A stretch of DNA of 32,000 nucleotides from Microcystis aeruginosa NIES-843 (GCF_000010625.1 NC_010296.1:4110001-4142000), one strand, 5' to 3'. Shown: positions 6,651-17,860, numbered from the stretch's first letter. The notes: generated from the letters alone by a model not told the origin. Program-made: numbers and translations.

Positions 6651-7007
6651 ATGTCAGCCAAAGATATTTTTCATCAATCCGTGTGTATTGCCCTCGAAAA
6701 AGATGGCTGGAATATCACTCATGATCCCCTTTATCTTAAAGTCAATGACGTAGAATTTTACATCGACTTAGGTGCGGAAAGATTAATTGCCGCCGAAAAG
6801 GCAGGTCAAAAAATCGCCATAGAGATTAAATCTTTTTTAGGGACATCTGAAGTCACCGAATTTCATCTCGCATTAGGACAAATCCTCAATTATCGGTTAG
6901 CATTAAAACAGGAAGAACCCGAAAGGATTCTTTATCTAGCCATTCCTCAAGATACCTATGAAGACTTCTTCTCTCGTCAATTTATTCAAGACGCTGTAGC
7001 AGAATAG
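6651..7007 (+). CDS. xisH: XisH-family protein, ended by an in-frame TAG; the frame continues to 7067
   Basis: MSAKDIFHQSVCIALEKDGWNITHDPL...IAIEIKSF... is typical of XisH. After TAG (7005-7007) the same frame reads KIKLLIFNSLKQEVVLWKE*, which resembles XisH C-termini and overlaps the xisI start. Confidence 0.8.
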   Translation: MSAKDIFHQSVCIALEKDGWNITHDPLYLKVNDVEFYIDLGAERLIAAEKAGQKIAIEIKSFLGTSEVTEFHLALGQILNYRLALKQEEPERILYLAIPQDTYEDFFSRQFIQDAVAE

Positions 7008-7054
7008 AAAATTAAACTTTTAATCTTTAATTCTCTCAAACAAGAGGTGGTATT

Positions 7055-7384
7055 ATGGAAAGAATAAACTACTCTCAACTGATTCAAGACATTCTCACCC
7101 AACATTCAGTTAATGACAGCAAAAATGACAGAGAAACTCAACTTATTTTTGACACAAAACGCCATCATTATCAAGTCTTAAATATTGGGTGGAAAGAGCA
7201 AAAGCGAATCTATGGTGTGATTATTCATCTTGACATAAAAGATGACAAAATCTGGATTCAAAGAGATGGAACAGAAATCGGCATTGCCAATCAATTAATC
7301 GCTGCTGGTGTTCCTAAACAAGATATAGTCTTAGGTTTTCAGGCTCCCTATAAACGCAGTTTAACCGAGTTTGCCTTGAGTTAA
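7055..7384 (+). CDS. xisI: XisI-family protein
   Basis: 109 aa. ...YQVLNIGWKEQKRIYGVIIHLDIKDDKIWIQRDGTEIGIANQLIAAGVPKQDIVLGF is the recognisable XisI pattern, and the gene lies immediately downstream of xisH. Confidence 0.8.
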   Translation: MERINYSQLIQDILTQHSVNDSKNDRETQLIFDTKRHHYQVLNIGWKEQKRIYGVIIHLDIKDDKIWIQRDGTEIGIANQLIAAGVPKQDIVLGFQAPYKRSLTEFALS

Positions 7385-7413
7385 TACATAAGAAAAAAAT
7401 CCTAAATAACCCT

Positions 7414-8502
7414 ATGTCCTACGAAGTCAACGAACCTATCCTTAATTCCCCCTTTGATGAACCCTCACAATACTGGTTCATCCGAGAAGGTTATGAACCG
7501 GAATTAAAAGAAGGGAGAAGACCAGCTATCGTTTACCCACCCCGGGAAGGTAATACCGAATGGGAATTAGGACAAGTTCTCAAACTTTCATCCCCCGATG
7601 AATTTTTCCCAGGTTATGAAATGACCCTAGTTAACCGCATCAGGAAAGAAGTTAAAGAATGGAGAAGACAACAGTATCCCGGGGTCAGCAGTACCACCTT
7701 AGAACTATTAGAATACTGGAGCCGAGAAGGAAGAGAACATCGCCTATTTTTTGCTCAAAAAGAAGCAGTAGAAACCATCATTTTCCTAATTGAATCTCGC
7801 ACCGACTTTCGCCAAGGGATTCATATTCCCCAAGATACCCCCATTGACAGCACCCTGAAAGCTTTCATCCGCTACGCCTGTAAGATGGCAACCGGAAGCG
7901 TCAAAATAACAGTGATGGGGATGTTAGCAGCATGGTCTATCCTCAACAAAGTAGCAGATCGCAGTAACGCTAAATTCTCCGATATTGTCCTGATTATCTG
8001 TCCCAATATCACCATTAAAAGTAGATTACAGGAACTCAACCCCGACAACGGCGAAGCTTCTTTGTATCGCACCCGTGACCTCGTACCTTCTCACCTGATG
8101 GACAAACTGAGACGGGGTAAAGTCTTAGTGACAAATTGGCATATTTTTGAAAAGCGAGCGCCTGCCACGTGGTGGCTGATACCGATCAATGGGAACAGGC
8201 AGCCGCCTATATTATTGACAATCATCCCGCCACTGCAGCCTTTGTTAAAAATGAACGCTTAGGGTTTACTATTCCCAGACTTTATTATCCGTCTGAAGAC
8301 AGCTAAATCTAACTATTTAATTTTAGAAACTAAAGGATGGGACGAACTGAGGGAAGTGAAGGAAGCAGCGGCTAAACCCTGGTGTAATGCCATTAATACC
8401 GACGGCAAACACGGTCATTGGCAATACTTTTTAACTGGATTGAGCAAAGTTAAAGAAGGAATTGATCAAGCAATGAGAGAAATCGAAGCATTAACCAACT
8501 AA
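7414..8502 (+). pseudogene. Type III-like restriction enzyme res subunit (helicase/endonuclease), with large internal deletion and frameshifts
   Basis: The N-terminal 250 aa are in one frame with a corrupted motif I (KMATGSVKITVMG, where GSGKT is expected). From about 8172 a second frame reads VADTDQWEQAAAYIIDNHPATAAFVKNERLGFTIP. From 8275 a third frame reads PDFIIRLKTAKSNYLILETKGWDE...EALTN*, which contains a PD-ExK nuclease motif. The total is about 360 codons, against roughly 900-1000 expected. Confidence 0.75.
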
Positions 8503-8684
8503 ATTTTCGATAACTTTTCTGGAAGGCAATCGCCGGTACAGAGTACCCTTGATCTTAATCAGAGAAAAAGTGTATGAGTGATTTTGGCGGCATTCCGCTC
8601 CCAATCAACACCCTAGGTCGGGGTGGGGGAAGTGGCGAGAAAAAAAGCTGGTAAAATAACTCTAGGCAACCTTAAAAAGAATTC

Positions 8685-9251
8685 ATGAAAGCGCAAACAA
8701 CAAGTAAAGATAGCCTGATCCTACGGCAAGAAGTAGTGGGAGCGCGTCGCCCTAGTAACTATTTTTGGGCTGTAATCGTCTCTATTGGCGGTCTAGGGTT
8801 TCTCCTCGCCGGTCTTTCCAGTTATTTGAAGGTCAATCTACTTCTCGTTAGCGATACCAGTGCCTTGCAATTTATTCCCCAAGGAGTCGCCCTCCTCTTT
8901 TATGGCACTGCGGGGACGCTTTTAGCCATCTATCTCTGGTTATCTCTCCTCTGGAATGTCGGAGGTGGTTACAACGAGTTTAATAAGGAAACCGGCAAAG
9001 TTAAAATCTTTCGTTGGGGCTACCCCGGCAAAAATCGTCGCATTGATCTCGATTGGCCCCTGGAAGATGCGCAAGCTGTGCGGGCCGAAGTGCGAGAAGG
9101 ACTCAACCCGAAACGGGAACTATTCCTGCGGATTAAACAGCGTCGCGATATCCCTCTAACTCGCGTCGGTGATCCGATGTCCCTCTCGGAATTGGAAAAT
9201 CAAGGAGCGGAACTCGCTCGTTTTCTGGAAATTCCTCTAGAGGGATTGTAG
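8685..9251 (+). CDS. ycf4: Photosystem I assembly protein Ycf4
   Basis: 188 aa. Two N-terminal TM helices (NYFWAVIVSIGGLGFLLAGLSSYL, GVALLFYGTAGTLLAIYLWL), then ...FNKETGKVKIFRWGYPGKNRRI, typical of Ycf4. Confidence 0.85.
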   Translation: MKAQTTSKDSLILRQEVVGARRPSNYFWAVIVSIGGLGFLLAGLSSYLKVNLLLVSDTSALQFIPQGVALLFYGTAGTLLAIYLWLSLLWNVGGGYNEFNKETGKVKIFRWGYPGKNRRIDLDWPLEDAQAVRAEVREGLNPKRELFLRIKQRRDIPLTRVGDPMSLSELENQGAELARFLEIPLEGL

Positions 9252-9279
9252 GCCTTTTTTCGCTCTTTTTGGCTATAAA

Positions 9280-10017
9280 ATGATGAAGATAAGAAAATCT
9301 GGCTGGCTGTCTGTGGTTTGTGTTTTTTTAATCACAACGACCACACTTTTCGGCTGTTCTTCCCCAGAAGCTAACTCCACCCCCGATAATTCTAGTATCA
9401 CCCAAACCTCTCAACCTGCCAGTTCGGGCAGTGTCAACATGGATAATTACAAACCCCGCTTAGATGGAACTGCTGTCGTCGAGATGATCATCAAAGGTAA
9501 ACCGGTAACGATCGAAATTGATGGCAATGCGGCCCCAGTTACTGCCGGTAATTTTGTAGATCTGGTGGAGAGAGGTTTTTATAATGGTTTAACTTTCCAT
9601 CGCGTGGTTACAGAACCGCAGCCTTTTGTCGCCCAAGGTGGTGATCCCCAAGGTCGCGGAACTGGTGGTTTTGTCGATCCAGAAACCAAGCAATCCCGTT
9701 ATGTTCCCCTGGAAATTCTCCTCAAAGACGAAAAAGAGCCGATTTATGGGAAAGCAATCGGTCAACAGGCCACGGCCCGCACTCCCATCGTCGCTTTACC
9801 CCATAAACGCGGTGCGATCGCGATGGCCCGTTCTCAACAGCCTAATTCCGCTTCTTCTCAGTTTTATTTTGCTCTGTCGGATATCAATTTCCTCGATGGT
9901 GATTATGCCGTTTTTGGTTATGTCACTAAGGGAATGGAAGTGATCGATACGATTAAACAAGGGGATAAAATTGACTCGGCCAAAGTTATTTCCGGTGCAG
10001 AAAATCTGAAAAAATAG
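9280..10017 (+). CDS. Peptidyl-prolyl cis-trans isomerase, cyclophilin type, with lipoprotein-like signal peptide
   Basis: Signal and lipobox LFGCSS. Cyclophilin motifs FHRVV..F.AQGGDP.G.GTGG and MAR...PNSASSQFYF. Confidence 0.85.
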   Translation: MMKIRKSGWLSVVCVFLITTTTLFGCSSPEANSTPDNSSITQTSQPASSGSVNMDNYKPRLDGTAVVEMIIKGKPVTIEIDGNAAPVTAGNFVDLVERGFYNGLTFHRVVTEPQPFVAQGGDPQGRGTGGFVDPETKQSRYVPLEILLKDEKEPIYGKAIGQQATARTPIVALPHKRGAIAMARSQQPNSASSQFYFALSDINFLDGDYAVFGYVTKGMEVIDTIKQGDKIDSAKVISGAENLKK

Positions 10018-10191
10018 CGATCGGTTAGGGTGGGTTCGCACGACGTTAACGGAGGCAGGGGGCAGGAGTCCGTTTTTGTAACGGGGATTTATGCCCCGCT
10101 CCAAAAACTTTTCGCCTTAAGGCGAGGTTTTAGACCCGATTTTTTCGATAATTTAATCTTCGCCGTCCCCCCCCCAATCATTTAATATTCC

Positions 10192-10294
10192 GATAACTGA
10201 TAACTGATAACTGATAACTGATAACTGATACCTGATAACTGATAACTGATAACTGATAACTGATAACTGATAACTGATAACTGATAACTGATAA
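10192..10294 (+). repeat. (GATAACT)n heptamer array: 14 full units plus GATAA, one variant unit GATACCT
   Basis: Counted directly. The array ends at the nucleotide before the ATG at 10295. Confidence 0.95.
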
Positions 10295-11457
<1,163 letters not shown>

Positions 11458-11492
11458 TGGGGAGACGGGGAGAATAAATAAAAGCAAATCTC

Positions 11493-11526
11493 CTGATAAC
11501 TGATAACTGATAACTGATAACTGATT
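11493..11526 (+). repeat. (CTGATAA)n heptamer array, about 4.9 units
   Basis: Counted directly. It ends at the nucleotide before the dnaG ATG (11527). Confidence 0.95.
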
Positions 11527-13407
11527 ATGGATACACCGAGACTACATCCAGATACGATCGAAGAAGTTAAACAAAGAATTGATATTGTGGATTTAATTTC
11601 GGAGAGAGTCGTCCTCAAAAAAAGGGGACGGGAATACGTCGGTTTATGTCCTTTTCACGAGGAAAAATCCCCTAGTTTTACGGTTAGTCCTGCCAAACAA
11701 ATGTATTACTGTTTTGGCTGTGGTGCGGGGGGAAACGGGATTAAATTCTTTATGGAGGTGGGGAAACAATCTTTTAGTGAAGTGGTTTTCGATCTTGCTA
11801 GAAGGTATCAAATCCCGATTAAAACTCTAGCAGTAGAACAGCGTCAGGAATTAGAACAGCAATTATCCCTCAAGGAACAATTATACGAGATAATGGCCGT
11901 GGCGGTGAGTTTTTATCAACACGCCCTTAGTCAACCCCAAGGGGAAAAAGCGTTAGATTATCTCAAGGTACAACGACAACTAACCCCAGAAACTATCGCA
12001 ACTTTTCAACTGGGATATTCTCCAGAAGGTTGGGAAACGCTCTATCGTTATTTAGTGGAACAAAAGCGCTATCCTGTGGCTTTAGTAGAACAAGCAGGAT
12101 TAATTAAAGCGCGTCAAAATGGTAGTGGTTATTACGATCAATTTCGAGATCGTTTAATGATTCCTATTTTTGATAGTCAAGGACGAGCGATCGCTTTTGG
12201 TAGTCGCACTTTAGGTAATGAGCAGCCAAAGTATCTAAATTCTCCCGATACTCCTCTATTTGAAAAGGGAAAAACTCTCTTTGCTCTCGATCGAGCTAAA
12301 CAGGCAATTATTCAGCAAGATTTAGCGATAGTTGTCGAGGGTTATTTTGATGCGATCGCTCTCCATGCTACTGGTATTAGTAATGTGGTTGCCTGTTTAG
12401 GAACAGCTTTAAGTCAAGAGCAAATTAAATTACTTTTGCGCTACAGTGAAAGTAAACAAATAATCTTTAATTTTGATGCTGATCAAGCGGGAATTAAAGC
12501 GACACAAAGGGCGATCGAGGAAATTAACTCCCTAGTTTATTCAGGACAAGTTAACCTAAAAATCCTCAATCTTCCCGATGGTAAAGATGCCGATGAATTT
12601 CTTAAATCTCGTGCTGACGGGGTGAATAGTTATCGAGAACTAATCGAAAAATCTCCTTTTTGGATTGATTGGCAAATCTCGCAAATGTTGGTCAATAAAA
12701 ATTTAAAACAGGGACTACATTTTCAACAAATAGCTAATAGTATGGTTAGTTTACTGCAAAAGTTAATCGATGGCAATCAACGCACTTTTTATCTAGATTA
12801 TTGTGCTGAAATTTTGGCTCAAAAAGATGCGACTCGTTTGCCATATATTTTAAAAAATCTCTCCAAACAGGTTAATAAACCTCTGGGAAAATCCCCGGCA
12901 ATTAAGAGGAAAAATATTTTAGATAAATCCGAAAAAAACGGCTCAGAAACAGCCGAATGGTTATTATTATTAATCTATCTGCATCGCTCTGAATATCGGG
13001 AAATGATTTTAGAATCTTTGGATGAAAAAGATTTAATTTTTAATGTCCCTGATTATCGTTGGTTATGGCAAGTAATTCTAGAGCTAGAAACCCAAATTAC
13101 TAACCCAAGAGATTTGATGTCAGCTTTACAGAATCATTTATTGATGATAACTACAGACAAAAATCGTGATTTTAATTCTTTATTTCACCTAAGCGAACAC
13201 ACCAGTCAAGCAGTATTTCAACCAGAAGAACAAATTAAAGATGCTATTATAGCTCTGGAAAAAATTAGTTTAATGGAATATCGTCGCTACTGTCAAGAAC
13301 AATTAATTAATGCTCTCGACAGCAATCAACGGGAATTTTATCAGCAGGAATTTTATCAAACTGTTAATAAATTAATCGAAATTGATCCTCTCTACCAACA
13401 AGCTTAA
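11527..13407 (+). CDS. dnaG: DNA primase
   Basis: Zinc-binding motif CPFHEEKSPSFTVSPAKQMYYCFGCGAGGN, TOPRIM region VVEGYFDAIALHATG...NFDADQAG, 626 aa. Confidence 0.9.
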   Translation: MDTPRLHPDTIEEVKQRIDIVDLISERVVLKKRGREYVGLCPFHEEKSPSFTVSPAKQMYYCFGCGAGGNGIKFFMEVGKQSFSEVVFDLARRYQIPIKTLAVEQRQELEQQLSLKEQLYEIMAVAVSFYQHALSQPQGEKALDYLKVQRQLTPETIATFQLGYSPEGWETLYRYLVEQKRYPVALVEQAGLIKARQNGSGYYDQFRDRLMIPIFDSQGRAIAFGSRTLGNEQPKYLNSPDTPLFEKGKTLFALDRAKQAIIQQDLAIVVEGYFDAIALHATGISNVVACLGTALSQEQIKLLLRYSESKQIIFNFDADQAGIKATQRAIEEINSLVYSGQVNLKILNLPDGKDADEFLKSRADGVNSYRELIEKSPFWIDWQISQMLVNKNLKQGLHFQQIANSMVSLLQKLIDGNQRTFYLDYCAEILAQKDATRLPYILKNLSKQVNKPLGKSPAIKRKNILDKSEKNGSETAEWLLLLIYLHRSEYREMILESLDEKDLIFNVPDYRWLWQVILELETQITNPRDLMSALQNHLLMITTDKNRDFNSLFHLSEHTSQAVFQPEEQIKDAIIALEKISLMEYRRYCQEQLINALDSNQREFYQQEFYQTVNKLIEIDPLYQQA

Positions 13408-13419
13408 TTCTCTAATTGA

Positions 13420-14658
13420 TTAGAAACTAGACAGTTGTTCAGCAATAATAGATACTAACTTATCCACTGCTCCTGCTTGTCCGCGCACTGCCCGCAATTT
13501 TTGCCGGATAGCCTCTAATTGTTGGGGATTTTCTAACCAAGATATAGCCATATTTGCCACTTCTTCTGGTTGTAATTCCCCCAATAATTCCGGAACAATT
13601 TCGGCAGCGGCCCAAATATTTGGCCAGGCATATAAACGCTTTTTCCGCAACATATAGAGATTAATTATCTTAGCAAATAAAGAACCCACCCCCGGCAGTT
13701 GGGCTAATAAACCGGGTAAACCGTCCCAAGTCCGCATCGCGTCTAGTTGCTGAGTCGGTAGTAAAATAATCATCGGGATTGCCAGCGCTCCTAATTCGGC
13801 AGTATTAGCACCCACCGTCGTTAAAGCTAAATGACAGCGAGAAAGCTGGTTATGGGCGGGAAAATCGGTAATTAGGTCAACTTTTACCCCCTTATCTGTT
13901 TCTAGATAGGGTTTTTCACCGTTTTTTAATTTGGCAGCACTCCAACCGGTTTTAGTGATCATCGGATTAGAGCTAGGATCGGCAAATTTCGCCAAATAAG
14001 CTAAATTTAGGGTAGGAGCGACGGGAATTAAGAATTTAGTCCGGGGATCCTGCGCGTGTATCTTTTCGGCAATGGCTAGGGTTAGGGGTACACCCTGAGC
14101 TAATTTCGAGGGTTTGGAACCCGGGAGAAGTGCAATTAAGGTAGCGTCATCAGGGGTGATAGCATTGGGCAAATCCACCATTAAATCGCCGATAACGGTA
14201 AATTTATGCTGATATTGTTGGGGAATATTATTTAATACACTTGTATTCATCACGGCAAAGCGATCGATCCCCCGATACCAACGCGCTTCCCATTCCGCAT
14301 AGATAACGGTGCGATAACCCAAACGTTTACCGATGGTGAGGGCAAAAAATTGATCGCCCCCTAAAAATAAAACGATGCCCTTGGGGTGCCAATCCCAATT
14401 ATCGGCGGTTTTTCCCCAGAAAAGAAAATTAAAGAAGTTTTCTGGCGACTGGACTCGATCGACCTCTGGATATTTCCTAACTACTTCCGTTTCCGCCCCC
14501 ATAGCATGAGTACAAGGGGAAAGAATCACCGAAATCCGCAACAGTGATCGATCTTCTGTTAAGTTTTGTCGCAATCTCTTGACAACTGGACGCACCCATG
14601 TAGATATTTCTCCCGGACCATTAGAGAGAATGAGAAGATCAACAGGAGAATCAAACAT
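13420..14658 (-). CDS. Lipid-A-disaccharide synthase-related protein (LpxB-like glycosyltransferase)
   Basis: 412 aa. The N-terminus LLILSNGPGEISTWVRPVV and the overall pattern match the cyanobacterial LpxB-related family as I remember it. Confidence 0.55.
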   Translation of the reverse strand: MFDSPVDLLILSNGPGEISTWVRPVVKRLRQNLTEDRSLLRISVILSPCTHAMGAETEVVRKYPEVDRVQSPENFFNFLFWGKTADNWDWHPKGIVLFLGGDQFFALTIGKRLGYRTVIYAEWEARWYRGIDRFAVMNTSVLNNIPQQYQHKFTVIGDLMVDLPNAITPDDATLIALLPGSKPSKLAQGVPLTLAIAEKIHAQDPRTKFLIPVAPTLNLAYLAKFADPSSNPMITKTGWSAAKLKNGEKPYLETDKGVKVDLITDFPAHNQLSRCHLALTTVGANTAELGALAIPMIILLPTQQLDAMRTWDGLPGLLAQLPGVGSLFAKIINLYMLRKKRLYAWPNIWAAAEIVPELLGELQPEEVANMAISWLENPQQLEAIRQKLRAVRGQAGAVDKLVSIIAEQLSSF

Positions 14659-14691
14659 GATATGTGGTGAGGTAGGAAGTTTTCGTTTTGG

Positions 14692-14733
14692 GGAGACAGT
14701 ATTCAGGAGTCAGGAGACAGTATTCAGGAGACT
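14692..14733. repeat. 21-bp tandem repeat x2, internally 7-nt phased
   Basis: GGAGACAGTATTCAGGAGTCA followed by GGAGACAGTATTCAGGAGACT. Confidence 0.85.
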
Positions 14734-14805
14734 ATTTTTATTTGTTTTCCCCTCTCCCTTCTCCCTCACAACGCGCGCGAAGTGGTTTCCCTGTTGGGGT
14801 GTTGC

Positions 14806-15966
14806 CTACTTGCCATTGAATAAAGAACGAATTGCCTGATGTTTAGGGTGATCAAACTCTGGGAGAACCTTGCGGGTATCGGTAATCAACCAATCCAAGG
14901 CTGCCGCTTCCACATCGATCGCCGCGCCAGTTTTATCAACACAGTAGCGCCCAAAGACCAACTTATCCACCAAACGCGCCCCTGAACCGAGGCGAGAATA
15001 TTCAAAAATAACGCTATTATCCACCGTCGCGCCGCCACAAATCCAACAATTCGGGCCAATCATACTCGGACCGACAATTTTCGCCCCGTCTTCAATGCGC
15101 GTCATTGCCCCGATATACACAGGTCCGGTGATATCGACTCGCTCCCAGTTTACCCCCACATTTAAGCCCGTGTAGATGCCCGGTTTAACTTCGATGCCGG
15201 GGATAGCAACATTTTTAATTTTCCGGGATAACACCCCGCGAATTGCCTGCCAGTAGTCGGGGACTTTACCGATATCCACCCATTCAAAATCCATGTTTAA
15301 AGCGTAGAAAGGCGCAGCTTTAGCGACTAATTCGGGGAATAATTCGCCCCCGATGTCGTATTTACTATTAGGGGGAATAAAATCAATGATTTCTGGCTCA
15401 AAAATATAGATACCCGTGTTAATGCAGGTACTTAAAGCTTCATCGATGGCGGGTTTTTCTTGGAAACTGAGAATCCTTCCTTCCTCGTCGCTAACTACCA
15501 CCCCATAACTGGACACTTCCTCTCTGGGGACGGTTTTGGTGACAATAGTAGCGATCGCTCCTTTTTCTCGATGCCATTTAACGGCTGCGGTTAGATCGAG
15601 ATCAATCAGCGCATCACCACAGAGAACCACAAAAGTATCGTCAAAAAAGGGATTAAAATCTTGAATTCGTCGTAAACCGCCCGCTGATCCTAGAGCATCG
15701 CCGATTAACTCACCTTCTTCGATTCTACCCTCGAAAGAATAGCCGATATGCACCCCAAAACGCTGACCATCGCGGAAATAACTCTCAATTTCTTCGGCTA
15801 AATGACTAACATTGACCATGATCTGATCAAAGCCATGCTGTCGCAACAGTTCCAACAAAAACTCCATCACCGGCTTTTGTAAAATCGGGATCAGGGGTTT
15901 GGGAATCGTATGGGTAATCGGACGGACACGAGTTCCTTTGCCTGCCGCCAAAATCATGGCTTTCAT
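14806..15966 (-). CDS. Sugar-phosphate nucleotidyltransferase (mannose-1-phosphate guanylyltransferase-like)
   Basis: N-terminal MKAMILAAGKGTRVRPIT..PKPL signature, and a C-terminal left-handed beta-helix-like region. Confidence 0.8.
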   Translation of the reverse strand: MKAMILAAGKGTRVRPITHTIPKPLIPILQKPVMEFLLELLRQHGFDQIMVNVSHLAEEIESYFRDGQRFGVHIGYSFEGRIEEGELIGDALGSAGGLRRIQDFNPFFDDTFVVLCGDALIDLDLTAAVKWHREKGAIATIVTKTVPREEVSSYGVVVSDEEGRILSFQEKPAIDEALSTCINTGIYIFEPEIIDFIPPNSKYDIGGELFPELVAKAAPFYALNMDFEWVDIGKVPDYWQAIRGVLSRKIKNVAIPGIEVKPGIYTGLNVGVNWERVDITGPVYIGAMTRIEDGAKIVGPSMIGPNCWICGGATVDNSVIFEYSRLGSGARLVDKLVFGRYCVDKTGAAIDVEAAALDWLITDTRKVLPEFDHPKHQAIRSLFNGK

Positions 15967-16061
15967 CGATATTTATTTCCTTTTGCGATCGAGGTTTGTA
16001 ATTAAATCATGCCTAGTGTATCATTACTGGCTCGGAATCAGTAGTTATCGATCCTCTTGGG

Positions 16062-16508
16062 GGTACCTCGAAAAATAGATTTACTTCAGCATTGCACCGC
16101 CTGAAACCCTGATCAAACCTTGGTTTACTCTCAATTAGTGCGAAGATTTTCTCAATAAGTCCAATTGATCGAGCTACCCCTTGAGTAATTGATAACGGGA
16201 AAAAGTGAGAGATTTAACCCAGATTACACTGATGGACAAAATTAACAAATCAACTTTGCTGTAACTCATACTACTCAGTCCTCTAGGCTAAGATGATCAA
16301 AAAAACGCAAGTTTTTAAATTGATGGGCAAAAAAAGGTTAATTTTAGGCAATAACCAAGGCGTTATGTCTAGGCTACCTCGAAAAATCGAATTTTGAGGG
16401 CCGGAGCGCCTTGTTAGTTCTTGAAAATAATTCCCTCTTCATCAATGTAGATCAAGGAGATTTCCTCGACCAACAGTTTGTTAACAAAATCTTTTATTCG
16501 AGGTGTCC
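16062..16508. repeat. Cluster of GG(T/C/A)ACCTCGAAAAAT-type MITE-like ends
   Basis: Left-end-like copies at 16062 and 16372. An inverted copy ends at 16508 (TTTTATTCGAGGTGTCC). 16372-16508 would be a 137-bp element. No ORF of 60 aa or more occurs in 15967-16672. Confidence 0.35.
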
Positions 16509-16616
16509 TTGAGCATTAGAGCAACCTAGACTCCCTGCCGAATTTCCCCAACAATCCGGTTAACCGCAAGCAGTCTAGGCGAAAAATGGTGAGCAAAAAT
16601 TTGACTACTTGAGATA

Positions 16617-16800
16617 TTGACACTCCCGTCGCGCTTATGCGAGGGATTCTTGGTTCACTGACTCAAGTTGTCTTAGCAGGTATTTCTACCAACCAAAATA
16701 GAGCTTAAATCTCCCCAAGCGTTTAGGTCTAACGACCAGCTTCCGATATGCCCTATCGTAGCTTTTTTGAGTATATTTAATGCCGCCATCTTGTCCCTAT
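16617..16800 (-). ncRNA. Predicted omega (re)RNA of TnpB; extent uncertain
   Basis: This is the expected position, overlapping the tnpB 3' end and running to the right end. The terminal hairpin CCCTCGC-ATAAGC-GCGA(C)GGG (complement of 16625-16645) is followed by AGTGTCAA. Confidence 0.3.
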
Positions 16801-17860
16801 CTTCTATATACCCACACAAACAAACATGAGTTCTAACTGATAGAGACTTTTGGATTAACCGACCACAATTAAAGCATTCTTGACTTGTATAGGCTGGATT
16901 AACTGCAATAGTTAATCGGCCGTATTTAATACCAAAATACTCAATCCATTTTCTCAATTGTGACCAACCAGCATCATTAATACTCTTAGCTAGTTTTCGA
17001 TTACGCACAAGGTTCTTGACTTTTAAATCTTCATATGCTATCAAGTCGTTTGACTGAATTAAACGGAGTGCCAATTTTTTAGCAAACTCTTCTCGTTGCC
17101 TACTTACTTTTAAGTGTCCCTTGGCGTATTTTTGACTAGCTTTTTTGTAGTTATTAGACTGCTTTTGTCCTCTCTTAAACTTTTTCGACTTTCTTCTATT
17201 CAGTTTATTAAGACGCTTTTCGGCTTTTCGATAATACTTAGGAGGCTCTACTGTATTCCCGTTGCTGTCAGCATAAAGATATTTTAACCCCAGATCTAAT
17301 CCTAGGCAATGACCCGTCGATTCTAATTGTGGGGTTATATCTCTAGCATCGAGTTTTAGCATTAACTGGCAATAATATCCGTCAGCCCGTTTAACTATTC
17401 TCACCCGTTGAATTTGCCATTCTTGAAAATCAAACAAGTCTCGACTACCAATTAGTTTTAACTCCCCAATGTTTTTTCCATCAGTGAAAGTTATTCTCTT
17501 GGAATTTCGATTAAGTTTCCAACCTGACTTTTTAAACTCAACAGAATGAGTACGTTTAGAGTATTTAGGATATCCTTTTTTACCAGCGATTTGGTTCTGG
17601 CAATTGTTATAGAACCTAAGAATAGCAGTCCAAGTCCGTTCGCAAGCCTGTTGACAAGCTGTAGAGTTAAGGTCTTGAACAAAAGGGTATTCACTTCTTA
17701 ATTGAGTGACATATTTATATACATCCTTTTGTCCTACACCTTTATTGTCTTCCCAATATCTAAGACATTTATTCCGAACAAACTGTACTGTCCGAATAGC
17801 CTCATCAATGGCTTGATATTGAGATGGTTTTCCTCTAAGCTTGTACTCTAAAACAAACAT
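16673..17860 (-). CDS. tnpB: TnpB (IS605 OrfB / IS1341-type RNA-guided endonuclease)
   Basis: 395 aa. MFVLEYKLRG.. N-terminus, RuvC-like GLDLGLKYL, ...AYEDLKVKN..., zinc ribbon TSQECFNCG...HVCLCG, ...DRDKMAALNI. Confidence 0.9.
   Translation of the reverse strand: MFVLEYKLRGKPSQYQAIDEAIRTVQFVRNKCLRYWEDNKGVGQKDVYKYVTQLRSEYPFVQDLNSTACQQACERTWTAILRFYNNCQNQIAGKKGYPKYSKRTHSVEFKKSGWKLNRNSKRITFTDGKNIGELKLIGSRDLFDFQEWQIQRVRIVKRADGYYCQLMLKLDARDITPQLESTGHCLGLDLGLKYLYADSNGNTVEPPKYYRKAEKRLNKLNRRKSKKFKRGQKQSNNYKKASQKYAKGHLKVSRQREEFAKKLALRLIQSNDLIAYEDLKVKNLVRNRKLAKSINDAGWSQLRKWIEYFGIKYGRLTIAVNPAYTSQECFNCGRLIQKSLSVRTHVCLCGYIEDRDKMAALNILKKATIGHIGSWSLDLNAWGDLSSILVGRNTC

Noticed and set aside
237-7007. In-frame TAG codons in yoeB (237-239) and xisH (7005-7007) as programmed amber recoding or read-through
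   Set aside because: TAG is used as the ordinary stop of core genes in this same window: the cyclophilin at 10015-10017, bcp at 20126-20128, rpsB at 21080-21082 and shc at 23969-23971. Nothing resembling recoding machinery is visible. Nonsense mutation is the simpler reading.
7414-8262. Treating ORF 7414..8262 as an intact 282-aa protein
   Set aside because: Its last ~35 residues (APATWWLIPINGNRQPP...) are out-of-frame read-through across a deletion junction. The genuine res C-terminus continues in other frames to 8502.
10192-10294. Heptamer arrays as CRISPR arrays (also 11493-11526, 25847-25884 and 30225-30327)
   Set aside because: The units are 7 nt long and directly tandem, with no spacers. 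No cas genes are present. These are microsatellite-type (STRR-like) repeats.
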